The notes under the pieces: generated by a model | The model's input: only the letters and a program-made list of their open reading frames with translations | What the model was told of the DNA's origin: nothing | Database searches by the model: none | DNA from: Candidatus Saccharimonadota bacterium | Lineage (GTDB): Bacteria > Patescibacteriota > Saccharimonadia > CAILAD01 > BJGX01 | Reading direction: 5' to 3' | Assembly: GCA_016191105.1 (NCBI GenBank) | Contig: JACPPH010000008.1 | Span: 66,667-130,666 of the forward strand | Length of the DNA: 64,000 bases | Shown here: piece by piece, positions 10,289 through 20,742 of the stretch | Numbering within the stretch: the first letter of the stretch is position 1 | Layout of the letters: each line of letters opens with the position of its first letter | Made by a program: the position numbers and the translations under genes

Positions 10289-13200
10289 ATGCCTGCATCT
10301 GCCAGCCAAGCAAAAACTCAACTGATTCGACTATATCGCCGAGTGCCTAATTTTGCGGAGGCTGGTCTGGCGAATGTTGAGGCCAAGATTCGTTCAGTTA
10401 TTTCTGATGATCCTGTGGCCATGGAGTGGTGTTACTATGTTGAGACGACAACCGTGCTCAATAAATCCGAGATTAAAAAACTTACTGAGTTGCTAGCAGA
10501 AACGTTTGATCCGCAGGGCTTTGGACCCAACTCGTTCTTGGCTCGTAATAATCCAGTTATAGAGGTTGGCTCACGTTTAAGTTTTGAAACGCCGTGGGCT
10601 TCAACTGCTCGCCAGATCTGCCATTCAGTTGGTCTAACAAAAGTTAATAAGATAGAGCGTTCTAGGCGCTTTGGCTTTGACAAAAGCACATCAAAAAGTA
10701 AGCTCAGCCAACTGGCTGATGTTTTGCATGATCGAATGACCGAGGCAATCTATGACAAACCGCCTCACAGCCTAACCTCGACCGCCCGGCCCGAGCCTGT
10801 TCATTCTGTGGCGGTAATGAAAGAGGGCATTAAGGCATTGCGTAGAGCCAATACGGAATTTGGTTTAGCCATGGACGAACACGACTTGCAGCGCTACTAT
10901 GATTTATTTGTTAATCAACTTAAGCGAAACCCAACCGATGTTGAGCTTTTTCAGTTGGGCCAAGGTAACTCCGAACACAGTCGCCACGGGTTTTTTAAGG
11001 GCAAAATTGTACTTGATGGCAAGCAACTCAAAGATAATCTCATGGATGTAGTTAAAGCCCCATACAAATCAAATCCCAACAATTCTGTAATTGCGTTTCA
11101 CGATGACAGTTCGGCGATCCGAGGCAAAAATATTGTAGCCGCTGTAGCTGAAGGCAAGGATTCTGCTGGCAAGCTTAAAACCGAAAAACGGTTGTATCAC
11201 CCAACTCTAACTGCCGAGACTCATAACTTTCCAACTGGTATTGCGCCGTACCCGGGCGCTGCCACCGGTACCGGTGGTCGGATTCGTGATAACCAAGCGG
11301 TTGGTCGCGGCGGGCTGGTGGTTGCTAGTGGGGTTGGTTATTGTGTGGCCAACATGAATTTAGCTGGTTACGATTTGCCTTGGGAGCTCGATGGGCATTC
11401 GGCATCCAGCAATCAAGCGACACCATTCGAGATTCTTATAGAGGCCTCAAACGGTGCTTCGGATTACGGGAACTGTTTTGGTGAGCCGGTGATCTTAGGT
11501 CACTTGCGCAGTTTTGGCTTGCAAACACCCGGTGGCTACAGGGCCTGGTATAAGCCGATTTTGTACACCGAGGGAGTCGGCCAAATCGATGACCGCCATA
11601 CCAAAAAAGGCGAACCAAGAAAGGGCATGTTGGTAGTTCAAATTGGCGGCCCAGCTTACCGCATTGGCATGGGCGGGGCGGCTGCTAGTTCGCTCATGAG
11701 TGGCGAAAATGTGGCCGACTTAGACTTTAATGCTGTGCAGCGCGGCGCACCCGAGATGGAGCAAAGACTGAATAGGGTTGTTCGAGCTTGTGTGGAGCTG
11801 GGCGATAGTAATCCAATAATATCGGCTCACGATCTAGGTGCTGGTGGCGATTCAAATGCCCTGCCCGAAATCGTGCATCCGACGGGCGGACGCATAAATC
11901 TGCGTGCAATTCCGTCTGGTGATGCTAGTCTTTCGGTATTGGAACTGTGGGGTAATGAGTCGCAAGAGCGCAATGTATTTTTGGTGAGACCATCAAGCCT
12001 CAAAACACTGGGGGGAATTTGCAGCCGCGAAAACGCACCCTTGGCTGTGGTTGGCGAGGTTACGGGCGATGGTAACTTGGTGGTTTTTGATGAGAAAGAT
12101 AGTTCGACCCCGATTAACTTACCACTTGAGCCAATATTGGGTGAGGTAGAACCGCGCACTCTGGAGCTAAAAACCCAAGCTATAAAACTAAAGCCTATTC
12201 GTTTGTCCAAAGGGATTAGTGTCGAAGATGCCCTAGAAAGAGTATTGCGATTACCATCGGTCGCCTCCAAGAGTTGGCTGGTGCGCAAGGTCGACCGCAG
12301 TGTTACTGGCTTGGTTGCGCAACAGCAGGGTGTGGGTCCCTATAACTTGCCGCTAAGTAACTATGGGGTTGTTGCTCATAGCTTGTTTGATAAGTCGGGC
12401 ACCGCTTTGAGCGAAGGTGAGCGGCCAACCATTGGGCTAATTTCACCAGGCGCGCAAGCACGCATGTCGGTAGCCGAAGCCCTGACCAACATTATGGGTG
12501 CGGCTATTACTAAGCTCGAGGATATCCGCGCTAGTGCTAATTGGATGTGGGCTGCTAAGCTTTCGGGTGAGGGGGCTCGACTGCACGAAGCTGCAACTGC
12601 TATGAGTAGTATTATGATCAAGCTTGGCATAGCTGTAGATGGTGGCAAAGATAGTTTATCGATGGCCAGCAAAGATGGTAGTAAGTTTGTGAAAGCGCCA
12701 GGCCAATTGGTGGTTGCGGCTTATGCCGTGATGCCCGATATTACTAAAAAAGTTACCCCAGAGTTTAAAAAGCCTGGCAACACGCTCTTATATATAGACC
12801 TCGCCAAAGGCAAAGCCCGTTTGGGCGGGTCTGCCCTGGCTCAAGTTTACGGTCAGTTAGGCGATGGTGCTCCCGACGTTGAAGATGTGACCATGCTAGC
12901 TAGATGCTTCAATGCCATCCAGGAATTAGTAAGACTAGATCTAATCTGTTCTTTGCACGATCGTAGCGATGGCGGTCTTATAAGCAGTCTAATTGAGATG
13001 TCAGTGGTTGGTGGCTTTGGTGCAAGAATTAATATAAACGGCCAACAAGATGAGTTAGCGGCTATGTTTAACGAAGAGCTTGGCCTGGTGTTGGAGTGCG
13101 CCGACAAGGAGAAAGTTGATAGAATCCTCAAACAATACAATATGCGTGCTGTGGAAATCGGCACCGTTGCTAACGCAGTCGATAACTTAGCCGTTAGCTA

Positions 13201-14206
13201 CAATGGCCAACCAGTTCTTAATAAAAAAGTAGCAGCCTTAAGACATGCCTGGGACGAGACTAGCACCAAACTCGATGCCTTGCAAACTAACCCGACCTGT
13301 GTGGCCGAAGAAGCTAATGTGGTGAACAATCTAACATCTGTTCCGAACTACAAGCTAAGCTTTGTACCCCAAAAAACTGACTTAAACATCATGAAGGCTC
13401 GTTATAAACCCAAAGTAGCCATCTTGCGCGAAGAGGGTACCAATGGTGATCGCGAAATGGCAGCTAGTTTTATGGCGGCTGGCTTTGAGGCCTGGGACGT
13501 TGCCATGCATGATTTGCTAAATGGCTCGGCCAAACTAGCCGACTTTCGTGGTGTGGCCTTTGCGGGTGGCTTTAGCTTTGGCGATGTGCTCGATTCAGCT
13601 CGGGGTTGGGCAAGCGTAATCAACTTTAATCCAAAACTAGCCAAGCAATTTAACGATTTCTACAATCGCCAGGATAGTTTTTCACTGGGCGTCTGCAACG
13701 GTGCTCAGCTTATGGCCTTACTTGGCTGGGTGCCAGGCGACGACTTAGCAGACCCACAAAAACCGCGCTTTAGCCACAATCAATCGGGCAGGTTTGAATC
13801 GCGTTTTACTACCGTTGAGATACTTCATAGCCCAAGTATTATGCTAAAAGAGATGGCTGGCACACGTATGGGCGTGTGGGTAGCGCATGGCGAGGGTCGC
13901 TTACATGTGCCAGACGAAGGCGTTATGCAGACCGTCTTAAATAATCAACTAGCCCCAATCCGCTTTGTTGATTACAGCGGCAAGCCAACCACCAAGTATC
14001 CATTTAACCCAAATGGCAGCCCAGGCGGCATTACAGCGCTGTGCTCGGCCGATGGGCGGCACTTAGCTATGATGCCTCACCCCGAGCGATTGGCAAACGC
14101 TCTTTGGCAATGGCCTTGGTTGCCCGAAGATTGGAAGAGCCTTAAAGCCAGCCCATGGTTACGCATGTTTCAAAACGCTCGCGATTGGTGCGAGGAAAGC
14201 AAATAA
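10289..14206 (+). CDS. purL: Phosphoribosylformylglycinamidine synthase, large single-chain type
   Basis: NSEHSRH, ETHNFPT, GAATGTGGRIRD, GGKDSLSM, GGFSFGD, LGVCNG, AHGEGR, MMPHPER; 1305 aa. Confidence 0.97.
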   Translation: MPASASQAKTQLIRLYRRVPNFAEAGLANVEAKIRSVISDDPVAMEWCYYVETTTVLNKSEIKKLTELLAETFDPQGFGPNSFLARNNPVIEVGSRLSFETPWASTARQICHSVGLTKVNKIERSRRFGFDKSTSKSKLSQLADVLHDRMTEAIYDKPPHSLTSTARPEPVHSVAVMKEGIKALRRANTEFGLAMDEHDLQRYYDLFVNQLKRNPTDVELFQLGQGNSEHSRHGFFKGKIVLDGKQLKDNLMDVVKAPYKSNPNNSVIAFHDDSSAIRGKNIVAAVAEGKDSAGKLKTEKRLYHPTLTAETHNFPTGIAPYPGAATGTGGRIRDNQAVGRGGLVVASGVGYCVANMNLAGYDLPWELDGHSASSNQATPFEILIEASNGASDYGNCFGEPVILGHLRSFGLQTPGGYRAWYKPILYTEGVGQIDDRHTKKGEPRKGMLVVQIGGPAYRIGMGGAAASSLMSGENVADLDFNAVQRGAPEMEQRLNRVVRACVELGDSNPIISAHDLGAGGDSNALPEIVHPTGGRINLRAIPSGDASLSVLELWGNESQERNVFLVRPSSLKTLGGICSRENAPLAVVGEVTGDGNLVVFDEKDSSTPINLPLEPILGEVEPRTLELKTQAIKLKPIRLSKGISVEDALERVLRLPSVASKSWLVRKVDRSVTGLVAQQQGVGPYNLPLSNYGVVAHSLFDKSGTALSEGERPTIGLISPGAQARMSVAEALTNIMGAAITKLEDIRASANWMWAAKLSGEGARLHEAATAMSSIMIKLGIAVDGGKDSLSMASKDGSKFVKAPGQLVVAAYAVMPDITKKVTPEFKKPGNTLLYIDLAKGKARLGGSALAQVYGQLGDGAPDVEDVTMLARCFNAIQELVRLDLICSLHDRSDGGLISSLIEMSVVGGFGARININGQQDELAAMFNEELGLVLECADKEKVDRILKQYNMRAVEIGTVANAVDNLAVSYNGQPVLNKKVAALRHAWDETSTKLDALQTNPTCVAEEANVVNNLTSVPNYKLSFVPQKTDLNIMKARYKPKVAILREEGTNGDREMAASFMAAGFEAWDVAMHDLLNGSAKLADFRGVAFAGGFSFGDVLDSARGWASVINFNPKLAKQFNDFYNRQDSFSLGVCNGAQLMALLGWVPGDDLADPQKPRFSHNQSGRFESRFTTVEILHSPSIMLKEMAGTRMGVWVAHGEGRLHVPDEGVMQTVLNNQLAPIRFVDYSGKPTTKYPFNPNGSPGGITALCSADGRHLAMMPHPERLANALWQWPWLPEDWKSLKASPWLRMFQNARDWCEESK

Positions 14207-14260
14207 TATCCATAAAAACTCTTGCCAAGCATAAGCTAGTTTGCGATCATAGTATGCAGT

Positions 14261-15214
14261 ATGCAACATGTAATATCGATCAAGCAATTTAGTGATACAA
14301 AAAAGCTTGATGGTATTTTTTCTCTCGCGGCGGAATTTCAAAACACCGAACCACATAGATACCCGCAATCATTGCAAAACAAAATAGTTGCCAACCTATT
14401 CTACGAGCCCAGTACACGGACTCGTTTTTCGTTTGAGACGGCTGCGTTGAATTTGGGTGGGCGAGTAATCTCGACCGAAAACGGCAGCGAATACAGCAGC
14501 ACTAAAAAAGGTGAATCGCTCGAGGACACAATTCGTACCATCAATCAGTACGCCGATGTTATTGTTATGCGCCACCCAATGGTGGGTTCGGCCAAGTTGG
14601 CAGCTGATCACTCAAGGGTGCCGATAATCAATGCTGGTGATGGTGGGGGCGAACATCCCACCCAAGGCTTGCTTGATCTCTTTACCATCCGCCAAGCAAA
14701 AGGCAAGATTGATGGGCTCAAGGTGGTTGCTGTTGGCGATACTCTGCACAGCCGCACTATTCACTCGCTTATAGACATGCTTAAGTTGTACAATACAGAG
14801 CTGTATTTGGTTGCGCCCAAAGAACTTCAAATGTCTAAACAAGAGCTCGAACCATACTTGGGTAGATCCAAGATTACTCAACTTGATAGCTACGATGATG
14901 TCTTAAATGGGGCCGATGTTATGTATGTTAATCGTGTTCAAGAAGAGCGTTTTGCCGATAGGGCAGAGTTTGAACGTTTGCGCTCGAGTTTTTGCGTGAC
15001 TAACGATACGCTCAAGCGCATGAAAGATGATGCGGTTATTATGAACCCACTGCCAAGAGTTAACGAAATCCACCCAGAGGTTGATAACGACCCACGGGCG
15101 ATTTATTTTGAACAAGCCCGAAACGGCGTATACATAAGAATGGCCCTACTCGACATGCTCATGACACCTGAAGTGCCGAGCAAGTTGCGAGTGTCTGGCT
15201 TACAAACAGCTTAG
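14261..15214 (+). CDS. pyrB: Aspartate carbamoyltransferase catalytic subunit
   Basis: FYEPSTRTRFSF, KGESLEDT, INAGDG, HPTQ, RVQEER, NPLPR. Confidence 0.97.
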   Translation: MQHVISIKQFSDTKKLDGIFSLAAEFQNTEPHRYPQSLQNKIVANLFYEPSTRTRFSFETAALNLGGRVISTENGSEYSSTKKGESLEDTIRTINQYADVIVMRHPMVGSAKLAADHSRVPIINAGDGGGEHPTQGLLDLFTIRQAKGKIDGLKVVAVGDTLHSRTIHSLIDMLKLYNTELYLVAPKELQMSKQELEPYLGRSKITQLDSYDDVLNGADVMYVNRVQEERFADRAEFERLRSSFCVTNDTLKRMKDDAVIMNPLPRVNEIHPEVDNDPRAIYFEQARNGVYIRMALLDMLMTPEVPSKLRVSGLQTA

Positions 15215-16627
15215 TTACTTAACTTGCTGTGCCAAGAAGTCTTTTACTTTGGCGTACATCTCGTCGTCGATAGCGTTTTCACGATGTAGGGTATCTATAA
15301 CTTCTGGTACGGTTAAGGCCGCATGCAAAGCATAGCCTTTTTTGGCAAGTTTTTCTTTGGCGCCCTTTTGGTAGTCTAGCAGTACGACTGTGTCGGTAAC
15401 TTTCAGGCCAGCTTTCTCGAATGGGGCAATAACCTCGAACTTAGAATCACCATTCGTTACCAAATCATCTACAACCACTATTGTTTCACCTGTCTGGTGT
15501 CCGCCCTCTATCATCTTGTTGGTGCCATAACCCTTAGCCTCTTTGCGGGTGTATATCCATGGTTCACCATTCTCGGCAGAAATAGCCGCAACAATCGGCA
15601 TAGCTGCATAAGGTACGGCGGCCATGCGGTCGAACTTGAGCCTATTGAGCATGCCCGTGTAGGCCTTTGCTACGCGGCTCATAGTGCCAGGGTTTGCTAC
15701 TAACATACGAAGGTCTATATACATTGGTGAGACTATACCAGACTTAAACGTAAACTCGCCAAACTTTACAATGCCGTTGGTGTGCAAATCCATTACGAGC
15801 TCGGTAAATCTATATTTATTAATCTCTTCGCGCAAAGCATCGGTTTTAGCTCTAGCGGTTTTGGCAAAGTCCTCGCCGTTGCTTGCAAAAATAATGTCAC
15901 GAGCCGAGTTTACAATTATGCCATCGCCATAGGCATTTACACCGGCTCGCACCATGGCCTGAATATCGCCGCCCTGAGCGCCAATGCCGGGCACCAAGAA
16001 GGTGTAGTCATCGCCCATGATGGCGCGAATGTCTTTGAGCTCTTCGGGATAGGTGGCGCCAGTTACAAGCAGGCAGTTTTTGTTGGTATCCCATTCATCA
16101 CGAACTGTTTCAGCAACAATCTGATAAACTTTTTTGCCATTAACGTCGATATCTTGGAGTTCGCCAGAGCCAGGATTGGAGGTTTTGCAAAGTACGATTA
16201 TACCCTTATCTTTGCAGGCCAAAAAAGGCTCCAGGGCTTCGCCACCTAAATAGGGTTGAACGGTTACGGCATCGAGGTCTAAATACTCAAACAGGAACTT
16301 AACATAGCCATTGTTGGTGTTGCCTATGTCGGCTCGCTTGGCGTCGAGTATTACTGGGACGTTTGGATATTTGTCGTGAATGTAAGCAACAGTTTTACGG
16401 AGTTGTTCAATGCCACTGGCACCCTCGGCTTCATAAAAGGCTGAGTTAGGCTTATAGGCACAAACCAAGCCGGCTGTGGCATCTACAATTGCCTTGTTGA
16501 ATTCATACTGTGGCTCTTTGAGCTTTTGAAACTTGGCTGGTAGCTTGGCAACTTCACTATCTAAACCCACACAAACCAATGAATTGTTTTTAGCAACACT
16601 TTGGTTTAATCGGGTTTTAAAACTCAT
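15215..16627 (-). CDS. pyrF-pyrE: Fused OMP decarboxylase - orotate phosphoribosyltransferase
   Basis: N-terminal ODC motifs (CVGLD, YKPNSAFY, LDAKRADIGNT, LVPGIGAQGG) run without a stop into OPRT motifs (FKSGIVSPMYIDLR, RKEAKGYG, VVVDDLVTNGDS). Confidence 0.93.
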   Translation of the reverse strand: MSFKTRLNQSVAKNNSLVCVGLDSEVAKLPAKFQKLKEPQYEFNKAIVDATAGLVCAYKPNSAFYEAEGASGIEQLRKTVAYIHDKYPNVPVILDAKRADIGNTNNGYVKFLFEYLDLDAVTVQPYLGGEALEPFLACKDKGIIVLCKTSNPGSGELQDIDVNGKKVYQIVAETVRDEWDTNKNCLLVTGATYPEELKDIRAIMGDDYTFLVPGIGAQGGDIQAMVRAGVNAYGDGIIVNSARDIIFASNGEDFAKTARAKTDALREEINKYRFTELVMDLHTNGIVKFGEFTFKSGIVSPMYIDLRMLVANPGTMSRVAKAYTGMLNRLKFDRMAAVPYAAMPIVAAISAENGEPWIYTRKEAKGYGTNKMIEGGHQTGETIVVVDDLVTNGDSKFEVIAPFEKAGLKVTDTVVLLDYQKGAKEKLAKKGYALHAALTVPEVIDTLHRENAIDDEMYAKVKDFLAQQVK

Positions 16628-16653
16628 GCTTATAGAGTAGTATAAGCATGAGT
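16622..16653. promoter_or_regulatory. Perfect 13-bp inverted repeat in the divergent pyrFE/pyrD gap
   Basis: ACTCATGCTTATA-gagtag-TATAAGCATGAGT; each arm contains an ATG in frame with its gene. Confidence 0.6.
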
Positions 16654-16665
16654 AGGAGGGCAAGC

Positions 16666-17790
16666 ATGAGCGCTTTAGAAAATTCAAAAAACAGTGCAGT
16701 TAAGGTGAAGGTTCATAAATCTTTTTACGACCCGGCCAAAACGTTCGACGACAATTTTGACTTCGGGCCGTTCGCAACTGGCGAGCACGACAAGCCATAC
16801 AAAAATAGCGGTAGGCCACAACACAAGGTGTTGGGCAAAAAAGTTCACTCACCATTTGGCATGCCGGCTGGGCCATTGCCCAACAGCAAGTTCGTTAAGT
16901 ATGCTTTCGATCGTGGTTTCGATGTAATTTGTTACAAAACACAGCGCAGTGTTCCATTTGCTTGCAACGAATTCCCTAATGTTTTGTATCTAGATGTTGA
17001 TGGCGATCTTACACTCGAGAAGGCCGCTGAACCGATTGTAGGCAAGCAAGAGACCGATCGCGAACCTCACCAGTTAACCATCACCAACTCATTTGGCAAT
17101 CCTAGTCGCGGTCCAGAATTTTGGGTTGATGACCTGCGCCAAGCCGTTAAACATCAAGGCGAAGGCCAGCTGCTAATAATGAGCGTAGTTGGCAGCATTA
17201 AAGACGGATTTAGCGAAGAGGATTACTGGGATGACTTTGCACACACTGCTGAGCTAGCAGCTAGCTCTGGCGTAGAGGCAATCGAGCTCAACCTAAGCTG
17301 CCCGAATGTGGCTACCGAAGGTGTAATCTGCTACACACCACAAGCAGTAATAGAAATATCACGCCGCACCAAAGAGAAGGTCGGCAACATCCCGGTAATT
17401 GCTAAGTTTGGTTACTTTAGTGCCGATCAACAAGAGTTGCTAGAGGATATTGTAGCCAAGAGCTCACCGTACCTAGCGGCTTACTCGGCGATTAATACCA
17501 TCGCTGCTCCGGTGGTTGATGAGTACGGCCAACAGGCTTTGCCGGGCGAAGGGAGATTGAAGAGTGGTAGCTGTGGTGCGGGTGTAAAATGGGCCGGGCT
17601 AGACATGGCCAAGCGGCTAGATGGAATTCGCCGCAAGAACAATTACGACTACGAAATTATTGGCGTGGGCGGGGTAATGAGTGCCGACGACTACCAAGCT
17701 TACCGCCAAGCCGGGGCCGATATTGTACAATCCGCCACAGGTGCAATGTGGAACCCACAGTTAGCGGGCCAAGTTAAAGAGACTATTTAG
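16666..17790 (+). CDS. pyrD: Dihydroorotate dehydrogenase family protein
   Basis: FGMPAGP, TNSFGNPS, ELNLSCPN, AINT, IIGVGGV, VQSATG; located in the pyr cluster; AGGAGG before ATG 16666. Confidence 0.8.
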   Translation: MSALENSKNSAVKVKVHKSFYDPAKTFDDNFDFGPFATGEHDKPYKNSGRPQHKVLGKKVHSPFGMPAGPLPNSKFVKYAFDRGFDVICYKTQRSVPFACNEFPNVLYLDVDGDLTLEKAAEPIVGKQETDREPHQLTITNSFGNPSRGPEFWVDDLRQAVKHQGEGQLLIMSVVGSIKDGFSEEDYWDDFAHTAELAASSGVEAIELNLSCPNVATEGVICYTPQAVIEISRRTKEKVGNIPVIAKFGYFSADQQELLEDIVAKSSPYLAAYSAINTIAAPVVDEYGQQALPGEGRLKSGSCGAGVKWAGLDMAKRLDGIRRKNNYDYEIIGVGGVMSADDYQAYRQAGADIVQSATGAMWNPQLAGQVKETI

Positions 17791-18785
17791 TGAAGCATGT
17801 AGTTACTGTAATCCCAGGTGATGGGATTGGGCCAGAAGTAGTTAACGCAACTACTAAGGTTTTAGATTCTATGGGGCTAGACTTTGAATGGGAAAAGGTA
17901 GAGCTTAATTCAGAAATTATGCAGTCAACCCCGAGCTCGATTCCTCAAAATATCTGCAACTTGATTAAGAAGAACAAAATTGCAGTTAAAGGACCAATAT
18001 CAACGCCTGTTGGTGAGGGGTTCACTTCGCCAAATGTTCTTATCCGCCAACAATTAGGTCTTTATGCGAGTGTCAGACCAGCCAAATCGATAGGTAAATT
18101 TGCTTCTACTAAGAAACCGCTAGACATAGTAACTGTCCGGGAAAATACAGAGGATGTTTATGTAGCAAGAGAGAGGGGTGATAGTGAAGAGGTTATCGCT
18201 GAGAAGGTTATCACAAGACTAGCATCTGAACGGATTGCTAAATATGCATTCGACTTAGCAATTAAGATGGGTCGTAAAAAAGTTACCGCTCTGCATAAAG
18301 CAGATATTCTAAAAAAATCTGATGGCCTATTCATAAGCTGTTGTAGAGAAGTCTCAAAAAACTATTCCAAGGTAGTGTACGCCGAGGCAATTGTAGATAG
18401 TGCTTGCATGCAATTAGTTTTAGACCCGAAAGAATTTGACGTAATTGTTGCACCAAACATGTATGGGGATATAGTCTCTGATATTGCTGCAGGTATTGTT
18501 GGCGGGTTGGGGCTAGTTGGCTCGGCAAACATGGGCGATGATTTAGCTGTTTACGAAGCGGTTCATGGCAGTGCGCCCAATATTGCAGGAAAGAACATTG
18601 CAAATCCAACCGGCCTGTTGGAAGCTTGCGTAATGATGCTATATAACATAAAGGAACCTCAAGCGGCCGAAAGCTTAAGAGCTGCAATTGATAAGACCCT
18701 AGAGCAAGGAGCAGTACTGACACCAGATCTTGGCGGTAATGCTAGCACAACTGATTTTCGAGATGCTATAATTGCTAACCTATGA
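17790..18785 (+). CDS. Isocitrate/isopropylmalate dehydrogenase family protein
   Basis: [55 protein letters not shown]. Substrate cannot be resolved from motifs. Confidence 0.9.
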   Translation: MKHVVTVIPGDGIGPEVVNATTKVLDSMGLDFEWEKVELNSEIMQSTPSSIPQNICNLIKKNKIAVKGPISTPVGEGFTSPNVLIRQQLGLYASVRPAKSIGKFASTKKPLDIVTVRENTEDVYVARERGDSEEVIAEKVITRLASERIAKYAFDLAIKMGRKKVTALHKADILKKSDGLFISCCREVSKNYSKVVYAEAIVDSACMQLVLDPKEFDVIVAPNMYGDIVSDIAAGIVGGLGLVGSANMGDDLAVYEAVHGSAPNIAGKNIANPTGLLEACVMMLYNIKEPQAAESLRAAIDKTLEQGAVLTPDLGGNASTTDFRDAIIANL

Positions 18786-19165
18786 AAAAAGAACGTTCGT
18801 GTAACTATGCTTTTGATTTTGATGGGGTAATTGCCAAATACGACGGCTTTAAGGGTAAAGATGTTGCCGGTGAGCCGGTGCCTGAAGTTGTGGAGGCTAT
18901 TCGTGAGCTCAAAAAACGCGGTCACAAAATAATTGTGTATGGTAGCACCCGCGATAATGACTTTCTAAAGTCTTATTGCGAGCAGCACGACATTCCGGTC
19001 GACTACTTCAACGAAAACCCCGAAGTTCCAAATAGTGATGGTCGCAAACCGGTGGCCAGGGTTTATATAGATGATCGTGGCCTAACATACAAAGGCCAAT
19101 CTGTTCAAGAACTAGTAGAAGAAATCGAAAATTTTGAGCCTTATTGGAAAAACAATAAACAATAG
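18782..19165 (+). CDS. HAD-superfamily small phosphatase-like protein
   Basis: FDFDGVI...KPVARVYIDDR. Confidence 0.75.
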   Translation: MKKERSCNYAFDFDGVIAKYDGFKGKDVAGEPVPEVVEAIRELKKRGHKIIVYGSTRDNDFLKSYCEQHDIPVDYFNENPEVPNSDGRKPVARVYIDDRGLTYKGQSVQELVEEIENFEPYWKNNKQ

Positions 19166-19197
19166 CACCCTCGGTTCATGTTTGGTATTATTGATTT

Positions 19198-19605
19198 ATG
19201 AAAGCGGCGATAGGGCATATTGGTATAAATCTTTCCAACTCAAACGAGTCTTTTAAGTTTTGGAAAGAATTGCTCGGATATCTTGGCTTCAAAGTAATAC
19301 CCGATGGCGACGATCACTTTGATGCAATTGATGGTCGAAGCTATCTATGTGTGTCAGTTACCGATTCTAAGTACAAAAAGAATTCTTTTCATCGTAAGCA
19401 AACTGGACTTAATCATATTGCCCTCAGGGTTGATTCTGCCGAATATGTTGATGAGTTTGTGCAAGGATTTTTAGAGCCCCACAACATTAAGCCTTTGTAT
19501 GGAGGGGCCAAGGCCTACCCCGAATATGTTGATGGCTATTACGCTGTTTATTTTGAAGACCCTGACCGCATTAAGATTGAAGTTGTTTGCGACCCAACCG
19601 ACTAG
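19198..19605 (+). CDS. VOC/glyoxalase family protein
   Basis: IGHIGI, GLNHIAL, YYAVYFEDPDRIKIE. Confidence 0.9.
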   Translation: MKAAIGHIGINLSNSNESFKFWKELLGYLGFKVIPDGDDHFDAIDGRSYLCVSVTDSKYKKNSFHRKQTGLNHIALRVDSAEYVDEFVQGFLEPHNIKPLYGGAKAYPEYVDGYYAVYFEDPDRIKIEVVCDPTD

Positions 19606-20654
19606 CTAATAACCTTGCCGCTGCCTTTTTTAGCTAAGACTTTGCCGTCTTTGTAGACGGTATTGCCGCGTAAGTCTACTTGCTTAACTTTGCCCACAAC
19701 TTTGCGGCCAGCAAACGGGCTCCAGCCAGCTTTGGTCTTAAGGTCTTTTTCGTCAACTTCGTACTCCCTCATCTCCACAACAATCTTGGTTTTGGGGTCG
19801 GTCTTAACATTAAAGATCTTGGCTGGGTTAGTGTGGAGCTTGTCGACAATTTGCTTACGGGTTAAACGACCTTCTTTTTCGGCCGTCAGCAACATTGCTA
19901 GAGTTGTCTCTAGCCCTGGCACGCCGAAAGCGGGTGGATCGGCCTCTTTTTCCTCGCGCGTATGCGGGGCGTGGTCGCTTTCTATAACATCTATATAGTC
20001 CATATGATCCCACAAGTACTTCTGATCTTTGGCGCTCTTGAGCGACGGCTTCATCATGGCGTAGCCGTGCATAGTTTTCACCTTATCCTCCGTCATAAAT
20101 AAGTGATGGGGCGTAACGCCGCAAAATACCGGCAGGCCGTCGTCTTTGGCCTTAACCACAAAACCCAACTCCTCCTCGCTACTGGCGTGGGCCACGTAGG
20201 TGGTTTTGCGGGTTTTACGCACGGCATCGTCTACCAAATGGATCACGTCGTCTTCGGCATGCAGCAAAATTGGCTTATCACTTGGCCAAGCCTCGTAAAT
20301 GTCGATTAACTTTTCTTTGTCGACAATGAAGTTGCCGGTAGTTACGTTCATATAAACTTTAAGGCCGGCAACTTTGTCGATAACTTTACTGAACTCGTCG
20401 AAATTATCGCCCAAAGTACCAAAATGAATGCCAAGATCGCACACAATTTTGCCCTTAGCACTGGCAATCTTGCGCTCTAGCCGCTCCAGTGTAGTAATTG
20501 GTTCGGCGTTGTTGGGCATGTCCATAATCGTAGTAAAACCACCAGCCAGGGCTGCCGTAGTGCCTGTATAAAAATCTTCTTTGTAGGTTTGGCCAGGATC
20601 GCGCAAATGCACATGCGGATCAATTAGGCCTGGTAAAGTTATTGTGCTTGCCAC
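19602..20654 (-). CDS. pyrC: Dihydroorotase
   Basis: LPGLIDPHVHLRDPG, DMPN, PHHLF, SDHAPH, PGLET; AGGAGG precedes GTG 20654. Confidence 0.93.
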   Translation of the reverse strand: MASTITLPGLIDPHVHLRDPGQTYKEDFYTGTTAALAGGFTTIMDMPNNAEPITTLERLERKIASAKGKIVCDLGIHFGTLGDNFDEFSKVIDKVAGLKVYMNVTTGNFIVDKEKLIDIYEAWPSDKPILLHAEDDVIHLVDDAVRKTRKTTYVAHASSEEELGFVVKAKDDGLPVFCGVTPHHLFMTEDKVKTMHGYAMMKPSLKSAKDQKYLWDHMDYIDVIESDHAPHTREEKEADPPAFGVPGLETTLAMLLTAEKEGRLTRKQIVDKLHTNPAKIFNVKTDPKTKIVVEMREYEVDEKDLKTKAGWSPFAGRKVVGKVKQVDLRGNTVYKDGKVLAKKGSGKVIS

Positions 20655-20742
20655 AAACACCTCCTCTTTATAAATTTAACTATAACATAGCTCGTAAAAC
20701 TAGGCCTTTGACAAATGCCAAAGCTTGCGTCCATAATGGTGT

